Shown here one piece after another: positions 17,646-26,106 of a stretch of 64,000 nucleotides of DNA. A model generated the notes under the pieces. It had not been told where the DNA came from. It worked only from the letters and a program-made list of their open reading frames with translations, and ran no database searches. This DNA is from Alphaproteobacteria bacterium (GTDB lineage Bacteria > Pseudomonadota > Alphaproteobacteria > UBA6615), in the NCBI GenBank assembly GCA_002722515.1, contig PBMH01000042.1, forward strand, positions 2,346 through 66,345, in the 5' to 3' direction. Both the position numbers and the translations under genes were made by a program. The stretch's first letter is position 1; each line of letters begins with the position of its first letter.

Positions 17646-19147
17646 TGCATCGTCGGCATGGTCAAACTATGGCCCTCGCGAACACCCGATTTCGGCCAAC
17701 GAGACGTCACCGCCTTTAGCCGCGTGTAGAAACGCACGCCTTCCATGCCATGCATATGGGTATCGCCGAACAGCGAACGTTTCCAACCACCGAAGCTATG
17801 GTAGGCGACCGGCACCGAGATCGGCACATTTACGCCGACCATGCCGATCTGAGCTCGCTCCGTAAAATCTCGTGCCGCATCACCGTCTTTGGTAAAAATT
17901 GCAGTGCCGTTGCCATATTCGTTGCGGTTCACCATGTCGAGTGCGCTTTCGTAATCCTTAGCGCGAACCACCGAAAGAACCGGGCCAAAGATCTCTTCCT
18001 TATAGACGCTCATATCCTCGGTGACGTGATCGAATAGGGTTCCGCCCATGAAGTAGCCATTCTCATAGCCCTGGAGCTGAAGACCACGGCCGTCTACGGC
18101 GAGCGTTGCACCCTCTTCGACCCCCTGACCTATCAGGTTCAGGATGCGCTCCTGAGCCTGCTTAGTGACCACGGGCCCCATCTCGATATCATCTGCATTG
18201 CCCGGGCCGATCTTCAACTCCTGAATCTTAGGTATTAGACTGCCCACTAGTGCATCAGCCGCCTCGTCACCCACGGCAACCGCGACAGAGACCGCCATGC
18301 AACGTTGACCAGCGGAGCCGTAGCCCGCACCTATCAAAGCATCGCTAGCCTGCTCAATGTCCGCATCCGGCATGACAACCATATGGTTCTTGGCGCCACC
18401 GAGAGCCTGGACACGCTTTCCATGCTCAGCAGCAGTCGCATAGATGTAGGACGCGACAGGCGTAGATCCGACAAATGAAACTGCGTCGATATTAGCATGG
18501 GTGAGCAGAGCATCGACCGCCTGCTTGTCGCCGTTCACCATATTGACTACGCCCTCGGGCACTCCTGCCTCATGAGCGAGCTCTACCAGCCGATACGGAC
18601 AAGAGGGGTCACGTTCGGAGGGCTTGAGGATGAAGGTATTTCCGCAAGCAATCGAGAGCGGGAACATCCAAAGTGGGATCATAGCCGGGAAGTTAAACGG
18701 CGTTATGCCAGCACAAACGCCCACGTGCTGGCGGATCGAAAAGGCATCGACCCCTGTACCAACATCCTCGGTAAATTCACCGCGCATAAGGTGCGGAATT
18801 CCACAAGCAAACTCTACAACCTCCCGGCCACGCAAAATATCACCTTTTGCATCTTCGATTGTCTTGCCGTGTTCCTCAGTAATCATCGCGGCGAGTTCGT
18901 CCGTATGCGCGTGAATTAACTCGTTGAACCGGAACATTATGCGAGCGCGCCGTAAGGGCGGCATCGCCGACCATTCCGGCAATGCAGCCTTCGCTGCCGC
19001 CACTGCCGCATCCACATCAGCGGCGCTGGCAAGGCGGACTTGAGCAATCTGGTCGCCAGTCGCTGGGTTGAACACCGGACCTGTCCGGTCGGATAATCCG
19101 GCAGTGGCAGCGCCATTGATCAGGTGATCCAGGATCTTCATCTTCAT
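17642..19147 (-). CDS. mmsA: CoA-acylating methylmalonate-semialdehyde dehydrogenase
   Basis: Aldehyde dehydrogenase fold with an MmsA-typical N-terminus (HLINGA...FNPATG...) and a catalytic Cys region (GQRCMA). The start is M8 or M10 of the track ORF, after GAGGAG. Confidence 0.85.
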   Translation of the reverse strand: MKMKILDHLINGAATAGLSDRTGPVFNPATGDQIAQVRLASAADVDAAVAAAKAALPEWSAMPPLRRARIMFRFNELIHAHTDELAAMITEEHGKTIEDAKGDILRGREVVEFACGIPHLMRGEFTEDVGTGVDAFSIRQHVGVCAGITPFNFPAMIPLWMFPLSIACGNTFILKPSERDPSCPYRLVELAHEAGVPEGVVNMVNGDKQAVDALLTHANIDAVSFVGSTPVASYIYATAAEHGKRVQALGGAKNHMVVMPDADIEQASDALIGAGYGSAGQRCMAVSVAVAVGDEAADALVGSLIPKIQELKIGPGNADDIEMGPVVTKQAQERILNLIGQGVEEGATLAVDGRGLQLQGYENGYFMGGTLFDHVTEDMSVYKEEIFGPVLSVVRAKDYESALDMVNRNEYGNGTAIFTKDGDAARDFTERAQIGMVGVNVPISVPVAYHSFGGWKRSLFGDTHMHGMEGVRFYTRLKAVTSRWPKSGVREGHSLTMPTMQ

Positions 19148-19256
19148 TTTCTCCTCGTTTTGGTGCACGCACCGTTAACCGTGCATTGGCGCATTCGAAA
19201 GCGCAACGTCACTATAGCTGGGTATCGGGAACAGTTGGACTCAAAGCGGCTTCGGT

Positions 19257-19775
19257 TCAGGCTCCGTCCATCTCGGGTGCAATCGCGCTAAGCTTGCCGC
19301 GAAAGAACACCAGAGGATTGCCTTCGCGTGTCACGAAGCGTTCAACCTCGCCGATGATGATAACATGGTCACCGCCATCATGATGCACCACATTCCTGCA
19401 TTCAAAGCGCCCCAGACAGCCGTCAATAAGTGGCGCACCGCCAAGGCCCTCATCGCAACTGAGTTCTGAGAACTTGTCGACGCCAGACTTCGCAAAGGCC
19501 ATGCATTCATCCGCTTGCGCATCGCCGAGAATATGAACACAGAAATGGCTCGCCGTCTCGATTGCCTGCAGACTGGTCGAGCTGCGGTCGAGGCTCCACA
19601 GGATCAATGGCGGGTCTAGGGATACCGAGTTAAAGGAACTAGCGGTGACCCCCACCAACTCACCATTCTTACCCTTGGCTGTCACGATCGTCACACCGGT
19701 CGCGAAATTGCCCAATGCATTGCGGAACTCTCTGCTGTCGAAAGGTGTGTTCGGCACGGCTTTGTTCCTCTTCAT
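19257..19775 (-). CDS. Flavin reductase family protein (HpaC-like)
   Basis: FRNALGNFATGVTIVT...VGVTASSFNSVSLDPPLILWSL. Confidence 0.85.
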   Translation of the reverse strand: MKRNKAVPNTPFDSREFRNALGNFATGVTIVTAKGKNGELVGVTASSFNSVSLDPPLILWSLDRSSTSLQAIETASHFCVHILGDAQADECMAFAKSGVDKFSELSCDEGLGGAPLIDGCLGRFECRNVVHHDGGDHVIIIGEVERFVTREGNPLVFFRGKLSAIAPEMDGA

Positions 19776-19997
19776 CCCGGGAGTTTCCGGGCGACTGAAG
19801 CCGGGAAACCAATAGACTTCAGGTGTAGCGTCGACAGCCCGAACATTGCAACAGGTGGGGCGCGCAAGTGATCACTTTGTGGGCAAATGAAGCTGCCAAC
19901 GGTGCAATCCCAGCACCACAACCGCGTGGACCAGAATTGATATTACGCCCTGTTACGAACTGCTCGGTTAAGCGTTGCTCCCCGATTAGCCGGCGGA

Positions 19998-20181
19998 ATG
20001 TTAATGAAAACTATAATTTTAAGTAAATCCTTACACAAATTTTATTTTTTAAGTAATAAAAAGTAAAATTTCTATATTTCTATCACATTATATATTTTTT
20101 AAATAAACTTATAGTATTATTTACATGTATCAATTTCATAATGACATATTTTAGTTCTATTTTTGTAATTTTAACTGTATT
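19998..20181. other. Extreme AT-rich island in a divergent intergenic region
   Basis: Line 20041-20100 has 6/60 G+C by hand count. It contains a tandem ATTTCTAT x2 (20068-20083) and TTTTAAGTAA twice (20017-20026 and 20047-20056). Confidence 0.8.
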
Positions 20182-20286
20182 CCCTGCCTTGACAGATTTC
20201 GAACATAATATGCGACACTTCTCTCGATCCACAGACTATGGTGGTTCGTGAGATCTAGATCTGAAATAACCCAAAAGGGGAAGAGC

Positions 20287-20526
20287 ATGCCTGATGGTAT
20301 GATTGAGAAGTTCAAGCGGGGAATAGCCCAGCTTACCGAACTGGGACTCCTGCTGATCGCACTGGCGATCGTGCTGGACATTCTCGTTGTCGGTGATTTG
20401 CCGTTTTTCGGCGGCGTAGTCAGCGAGTTGATCGCCCTGATCGATACGCTCGGCGAGAACGGTATCGTCGGATTGATCGCGGTTGCGATCATTCTTTGGC
20501 TGTTCGCCAAAAGAAATCCGGGTTAA
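20287..20526 (+). CDS. Hypothetical small membrane protein (79 aa, 2 TM)
   Basis: ATG follows AAGGGGAAGAG. Codon usage is GC-rich and there are two clear hydrophobic helices. Confidence 0.5.
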   Translation: MPDGMIEKFKRGIAQLTELGLLLIALAIVLDILVVGDLPFFGGVVSELIALIDTLGENGIVGLIAVAIILWLFAKRNPG

Positions 20527-20536
20527 AGAGCTTGCA

Positions 20537-20564
20537 CCGTCTCGCCGAAATACGGGCGAGACGG
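20537..20564 (+). terminator. Perfect 10-bp GC-rich hairpin (attenuator or terminator-like)
   Basis: ccgtctcgcc / ggcgagacgg arms with an 8-nt loop, starting 11 nt after the stop codon. The T-rich run is only about 12 nt further downstream. Confidence 0.4.
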
Positions 20565-20696
20565 AACAGCTTGATTATTTTGGAGCCGCTCCGGACTATG
20601 TCCGGGGCGGTTTTCCTTTGCCTGACCGGAACGTGCACTTGAATCCACGCGGAGGCATAGCCATTCTGGGACCTTAACCTGTTAAGGACTGCCAGA

Positions 20697-21494
20697 ATGC
20701 CCATGACTTCGCCGCGCAACGGCGTCTCAATCAACTATGAAGTCCATGGCGACGGACCACCGCTGATACTTGTCAGCGGCACCGGCCACGACATGCATTT
20801 CTGGGCGGGCCAGATTCCGTATTTTTCAGAGAATTTCCGAACGATCGTATTCGACAATCGCGGAGTTGGGATGTCCAGCGTGCCCACGCCCGGCTACAGC
20901 CTCGCCGAAATGGCAGACGATACCGCCCATGTCCTCGACGCAGAAGAGATAGACTGCGCCCATGTCATGGGTTTTTCCATGGGCGGTCATATTTCCCAAG
21001 AGCTCACCCTCAACTATCCCGAACGTGTAATGAGCCTCGGCATTCATCACAGCTGGGCACGAAACGGTGCACGGCTCAAGAAATTCCAGGAGACAAGGGT
21101 TTATCTAGCGCAGCATGACCAGCGCGTCGCGCTGGCCGAGATCAGTATGCTGGCACTCCATTCCAGTGCCTATTACGATCAGCATGTTGCGGAAATGGAC
21201 GCCCACCGTGCTTTCTTGCTCGAGAGATCACCAGTCAATGCCGGCTGGATCGGCCAACTCAAAGCCTGCATCAACGGTGACACATTTGATCGGCTGCCGG
21301 CCATCACCGTCCCGACCCTAGTCACCTGCTCTAACCTCGACCTGATCGCTTCACCACATCTATCCGCCGAGATCCATGCACAAATTCCGAATTCTGAACT
21401 CCGCATTCTTGAGGGAACCGGGCATGTGGCGCTAATGGAAGACCCTAAAGGCTTCGCCGACGTCTGTATCGACTTTCTGAACCGGACGGCATAG
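20697..21494 (+). CDS. Alpha/beta hydrolase
   Basis: Oxyanion-region LILVSGTGHD, nucleophile elbow GFSMGG, and a C-terminal GTGHV histidine region. Confidence 0.8.
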   Translation: MPMTSPRNGVSINYEVHGDGPPLILVSGTGHDMHFWAGQIPYFSENFRTIVFDNRGVGMSSVPTPGYSLAEMADDTAHVLDAEEIDCAHVMGFSMGGHISQELTLNYPERVMSLGIHHSWARNGARLKKFQETRVYLAQHDQRVALAEISMLALHSSAYYDQHVAEMDAHRAFLLERSPVNAGWIGQLKACINGDTFDRLPAITVPTLVTCSNLDLIASPHLSAEIHAQIPNSELRILEGTGHVALMEDPKGFADVCIDFLNRTA

Positions 21495-21582
21495 GCGTCG
21501 CGGCCCTTGAGCCGTTCCCTGACCCGGCCAATACTTCTAGGACGAAACGGTGAGTAACACCGCAAATGAGGGAGAAACGTCT

Positions 21583-23205
21583 ATGCTCGGACAAATCATG
21601 GACAAGCAGCTGCTTATCTCGAGCCTACTGCAGCATGCCGACAATACTTCCGGCAACCGAGAGATCGTGACTCGGACGGCCGAGGGCCCCATCCACCGCT
21701 ACACCTATCGCGACGCTCACAGACGCGCACGCCAGCTGGCAAACGCACTCCGGGCATTGGATGTGCAGATGGGAGACCGGATCGCAACTATGGCGTGGAA
21801 CACCCATCGGCATTTCGAGGTGTATTTTGCTGTGTCAGGATCAGGTGCCGTCACACACACACTGAACCCTCGCCTTCATCCCAGCCAGCTAACCTACATC
21901 ATGAACCACGCCGAGGACGCCTTTGTCTTCGTGGACGCAAACCTGCTTCCACTCATCGAGTCGGTCGCGGACGCTTTACATCATCTGAGGGGCGTTATCG
22001 TCATGACCGATCGCGCACATATGCCTGAGACGGCGCTCCCGAACATCCTTTGCTACGAAGAGCTGGTCGCAGGCCATTCCGACGATTTCGAATGGCCTGT
22101 ATTTGACGAAAAAACAGCTTCCTCTCTCTACTACACGTCCGGCACTACCGGGAACCCGAAGGGTGCCCTGTTCAGCCACCGGTCAACGGTGATCCACGCA
22201 TACGCCTCAGCCCTGCCGGACGTCCTAAACATGGGCGAGAGCGAGGTGATCCTACCGGTAGTGCCAATGTTCCATGTCAATGCTTGGGGTATTCCCTACG
22301 GCGCGACCATGGTAGGCGCGAAGATGGTGTTCCCAGGACCAAAGCTCGACGGCGCCAGCATACACGAACTCCTAGTCGACGAAGGGGTCACATTCGCTGC
22401 CGGCGTTCCTACAATCTGGCTCATGCTTCTTGCCCACTGGCGCGAGACGCAAAGCAGTGCCCCCGCGCTCAAGCGGACGGTCATCGGCGGTTCAGCGGGC
22501 CCGGAATCCATGATCCGGGAGTTCCAAGACGACCATGGGGTAGAGGTCCGCCATGCCTGGGGTATGACAGAGATGAGCCCACTAGGCACCGTCTCGATCC
22601 CCAAGCCATCGATGACGGATGACAACAAACGGATGCGCAAGCAGGTCAAGCAGGGTCGTCCGGTGTTCGGCGTCGAGATGCGCATCGTCGACGATACAGG
22701 TACAGAACTCACCCACGACGGCGATGCATTCGGAAATCTCGAGGTTCGTGGTCCGTGGATCATCGATAACTACTTCAAGATGGACCAGTCGGATTCCCAT
22801 AATGCGCAGGGCTGGTTTGCGACCGGCGACGTCGCCACCATCGACCCGGACGGCTACATGGAGATCACGGACCGTTCGAAGGACGTGATTAAGTCGGGTG
22901 GTGAATGGATCGGTACCATTGAGATCGAGAATCTCGCTATGAGCCACCCGGATGTTGTCCAGGCCGCCGTCATCGGAGTGCCGCACCCCAAATGGGATGA
23001 ACGGCCCCTGCTGATCATCGTGCCGGCCACCGATAAATCTCTGACCCATGATGACATGACCGACTTCTTGAGAAACAAACTCACCAACTGGTGGCTACCT
23101 GACGATACGGTACAGATAGATGAATTGCCGCTGGGTGCAACCGGCAAGGTTCTCAAAACCAGACTGCGCGAGCAGTTCGGAGACCACAAGCTGCCGACCG
23201 TTTAG
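21583..23205 (+). CDS. Fatty-acid--CoA ligase (AMP-dependent synthetase)
   Basis: YTSGTTGNPKG AMP-binding motif and TGD...GEW. The N-terminus MLGQIMDKQLLISSLLQHA is typical. ATG at 21583 follows GAGGGAGA. Confidence 0.85.
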   Translation: MLGQIMDKQLLISSLLQHADNTSGNREIVTRTAEGPIHRYTYRDAHRRARQLANALRALDVQMGDRIATMAWNTHRHFEVYFAVSGSGAVTHTLNPRLHPSQLTYIMNHAEDAFVFVDANLLPLIESVADALHHLRGVIVMTDRAHMPETALPNILCYEELVAGHSDDFEWPVFDEKTASSLYYTSGTTGNPKGALFSHRSTVIHAYASALPDVLNMGESEVILPVVPMFHVNAWGIPYGATMVGAKMVFPGPKLDGASIHELLVDEGVTFAAGVPTIWLMLLAHWRETQSSAPALKRTVIGGSAGPESMIREFQDDHGVEVRHAWGMTEMSPLGTVSIPKPSMTDDNKRMRKQVKQGRPVFGVEMRIVDDTGTELTHDGDAFGNLEVRGPWIIDNYFKMDQSDSHNAQGWFATGDVATIDPDGYMEITDRSKDVIKSGGEWIGTIEIENLAMSHPDVVQAAVIGVPHPKWDERPLLIIVPATDKSLTHDDMTDFLRNKLTNWWLPDDTVQIDELPLGATGKVLKTRLREQFGDHKLPTV

Positions 23206-23258
23206 TCGGCGTACGTAGAAGTGATTTAACCCCGAACCGACAGAGAAATATTCTGACC

Positions 23259-24095
23259 ATGCAAGACACTGTCACAATCGATTATCTTCTGCAGTTGAGG
23301 TTTGACGACGCGCCGCAAAATATACCCGACGCGCTAGAGACAGAGGCTTGGCACTCCATAGCGAACCATCAATCCTGCCGCAGTTACACAGACAAGACAG
23401 TTAGCGCAGAACTGGTGCGCCAGCTCTGCGCACTAGCACTTTGCTCTCCCACCAAGAGTGACCTCCAGCAGCGTGACATCATCATCGTGGAGGACTCGGA
23501 TAAACGTGCGACCATAAACGCTCTCTTCCCTGGCAGCCCTTGGATCATCGACGCGCCGGTATTTTTGGTCTTCTGTGGGAACAATCGACGCCTGCGCCAG
23601 ATAAATAAACGCCGCGGCCACCCGTTCGCAAATGATCATCTGGATGCGTTCTTCAACGCTGCCGTCGACGCTGGAATCGCGCTGTCTACGTTCGTGCAAG
23701 CCGCCGATTCAGCAGGTCTGGGCACGTGCCCCATCAGCACCATCCGCGATCACTTGGAAATCGTGAATGAGCTTCTGGGACTGCCGGACTGGGTATTTCC
23801 AGTCGCCGGTATGACCCTAGGATGGCCGGGACGCGCGCCACGCGTGAACCTGCGCCTGCCGCTAGCAGCGACGGTTCACACTGACACCTATGACGAGGAG
23901 GCGCAGAACGCAGCTATCGATGCTTACGATCTGCGCCGCGCCGAGGTACGCCCCTACGGATCCCAGCGCGACCCGGACCGTTTCGGTACGCGCGAGCCCT
24001 ACACATGGTCGGAAGACAAGGCCCGCCAGTATGCCGAGCCGCAACGCACCAACTTTGGCGCCTATGCGCGCAATAAGGGCTTCGACCTCAGCTAA
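23259..24095 (+). CDS. Nitroreductase family protein
   Basis: SCRSYTDK...P(T)KSDLQQRDIIIV pattern and a C-terminal dimer-interface region. Confidence 0.75.
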   Translation: MQDTVTIDYLLQLRFDDAPQNIPDALETEAWHSIANHQSCRSYTDKTVSAELVRQLCALALCSPTKSDLQQRDIIIVEDSDKRATINALFPGSPWIIDAPVFLVFCGNNRRLRQINKRRGHPFANDHLDAFFNAAVDAGIALSTFVQAADSAGLGTCPISTIRDHLEIVNELLGLPDWVFPVAGMTLGWPGRAPRVNLRLPLAATVHTDTYDEEAQNAAIDAYDLRRAEVRPYGSQRDPDRFGTREPYTWSEDKARQYAEPQRTNFGAYARNKGFDLS

Positions 24096-24096
24096 G

Positions 24097-25299
24097 TTAT
24101 TCTGCAGGCGCGATGGCTAACCGAAGCGCGGGCAACAAAGAGACGGCGACAAGAATCCCGACGGCAGCGATCGCCAGCAGCACGAATAAAGTGTCGAACC
24201 CCCAACGGCCGTGAACCCAGCCGATAAGTGGCACCGACAAGGCAATTATTGAAAAATTTATTGTGTAGCGCACCGCATAGACACGAGCGCGCCAGTCGCT
24301 GCGCGACACACGACCGATGAGCACGTCGTTGATGGGGATCTGGCTGAAGACGGCGAACATGAACGCCCCTGCAACCAGCAGCGCGCTCCACCCCGTTAGG
24401 TCCGGCATTAATGAAAACAATACCGCCTGCAATGCAGCCACGGCCATGAACACCCGCCGCACCGGCATACGATCAACGAGGTAGCCCACAACGAGCTGCC
24501 CAACTGAGGCAATTGCAAAGGCCAGGAAGGCATAGGACCCGACGGCGGTCGCCGAGACAGCCAGCGCACCCAGTTGTTCGTTGAAGACCTTGGGTAGGCT
24601 GAAGGTCGTACTCTGGAAGATCAGACCGCCCAGCGACGAGGTGACCAGGACTATGACCAATACTCGGATCATAGTTGCCCGACCGAGCGTTAGGGTATCA
24701 ACGCCGCCTGCGGCGTCCGGGCGAGCCCGTTTACGGGCCTCCGCATTTCGTCCCCTCACCACCGCTATATAGATCAACCCCAGAGCCATCGAGACGAACC
24801 CCGGCCAGGTGAAGGCCGACCGCCAGCCGACATTATCAATCAACAACGCCGTTATCAGCGCTGCCGATGCGACGCCAAGATTACCGAAGACCCCATTCAC
24901 CGCAATCGGAACCCCGGTACACCTTCGCCCGTGCACGACGAGAGCGATTCCCACAGGATGATAGATCGCTGCGAACATTCCAATTGCGAACAAACCGATT
25001 CCCATCTGCAGCGGCGTGTGCGCAAGTGCTGTAGCTGCAGACGACGCGCCGATACCGATGAAGAACACGGCCATCATGCCCTCACGACTCCAGTGGTCCG
25101 CAAGCCAACCCGCGGGAATCGTGAAGAGCGCGAACGCAACGAAGCCTGGCGTCGAATAAGCAATAAGTCGGCCGTAGCTCATGTCCCATTCGATCGCAAG
25201 CGTCAGCGCCGCAGCCGTAGCGAAAATGAGCATGAATAGATGGTCTAGAAAATGGCCGACATTCAACAGCAGGAAATGCACACTCTCGCGATTGAGCAA
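24097..25299 (-). CDS. MFS transporter
   Basis: About 12 TM segments and a GWLADHWSR loop motif. TTG start follows AGGAG. Confidence 0.85.
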   Translation of the reverse strand: MLNRESVHFLLLNVGHFLDHLFMLIFATAAALTLAIEWDMSYGRLIAYSTPGFVAFALFTIPAGWLADHWSREGMMAVFFIGIGASSAATALAHTPLQMGIGLFAIGMFAAIYHPVGIALVVHGRRCTGVPIAVNGVFGNLGVASAALITALLIDNVGWRSAFTWPGFVSMALGLIYIAVVRGRNAEARKRARPDAAGGVDTLTLGRATMIRVLVIVLVTSSLGGLIFQSTTFSLPKVFNEQLGALAVSATAVGSYAFLAFAIASVGQLVVGYLVDRMPVRRVFMAVAALQAVLFSLMPDLTGWSALLVAGAFMFAVFSQIPINDVLIGRVSRSDWRARVYAVRYTINFSIIALSVPLIGWVHGRWGFDTLFVLLAIAAVGILVAVSLLPALRLAIAPAE

Positions 25300-25307
25300 A
25301 ATGACTC

Positions 25308-26069
25308 CTACCAGACCGACCAGCCAGCATCGACGATGACCGTCTCGCCATGGATCATCCGGGAATCCTCCGTTGCCAAGAAAACGGCAGTCCCAGTCAT
25401 ATCCTCTGGGTTGATAAAATCAATTCCTGTAGGAGTGAAGGTTTTCATCAGCTGCATATACTCTTCGTTTCCAGGCCCACGCAGATGGGCGTTCAACGGC
25501 GTCGCTACATTTCCAGGCGCGATGGAATTAACGTTGATTTTTTCCTTACCGAGCTCAGCAGCAAGCGCGCGGGTCATGTTAACGACCCCGCCCTTCGACG
25601 CGCAGTAGCCAGGACAGTTCGGAAAGGCACCGGTGCCCGCGATGGACGATATATTCACAACTTTGCCACCACCATTTTCGAGAAAATGCGGCACTAACGT
25701 CTTAACCATGAAGAAATAACCCTTGAGATTCAGGTCAAGCTGCTCATCCCATATTTCTTCGGTGGTCTCCATCACCGGAACCGTCCGAAACACCCCGGCA
25801 TTGTTGACCAGAATATCAACGCGACCGAACTCGGCGATCACATCGGACACAAGTTTCTCGATCAGCGCCACATCGGAAACGTCCGACTTGAAGGACCTGC
25901 CCTTGCCGCCCGCATCCGTAATTTCCTTAATTACCCCGGCAGCTCCGTCATCGTTGCTTTTGTATACCGTCGCAACGGTCGCACCCTCGGCCGCATAACG
26001 CTTCGCGATTGCGGCACCTATACCGACTGAACCACCGGTAACAATTGCCACCTTGTCTTTTAACCTCAT
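25308..26069 (-). CDS. SDR family oxidoreductase
   Basis: TGGSVGIG cofactor motif, NNAG, and a YCASK catalytic motif. Confidence 0.9.
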   Translation of the reverse strand: MRLKDKVAIVTGGSVGIGAAIAKRYAAEGATVATVYKSNDDGAAGVIKEITDAGGKGRSFKSDVSDVALIEKLVSDVIAEFGRVDILVNNAGVFRTVPVMETTEEIWDEQLDLNLKGYFFMVKTLVPHFLENGGGKVVNISSIAGTGAFPNCPGYCASKGGVVNMTRALAAELGKEKINVNSIAPGNVATPLNAHLRGPGNEEYMQLMKTFTPTGIDFINPEDMTGTAVFLATEDSRMIHGETVIVDAGWSVW

Positions 26070-26106
26070 GAAAAGTCTCCCTTTTATTTATTGGCGCGCT
26101 CAGCAA

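Noticed and set aside
17008-17865. 285-aa plus-strand ORF spanning the ABC ATPase/mmsA junction.
   Set aside because: It is antisense to two well-supported genes. Its Ser/Arg/Pro-rich composition is typical of a shadow ORF.
19998-20250. The AT-rich island as a replication origin or DnaA-box cluster.
   Set aside because: I found only one weak DnaA-box-like site (gATCCACAg near 20228) and no dnaA, dnaN or parAB context. A promoter or architectural role is more parsimonious.
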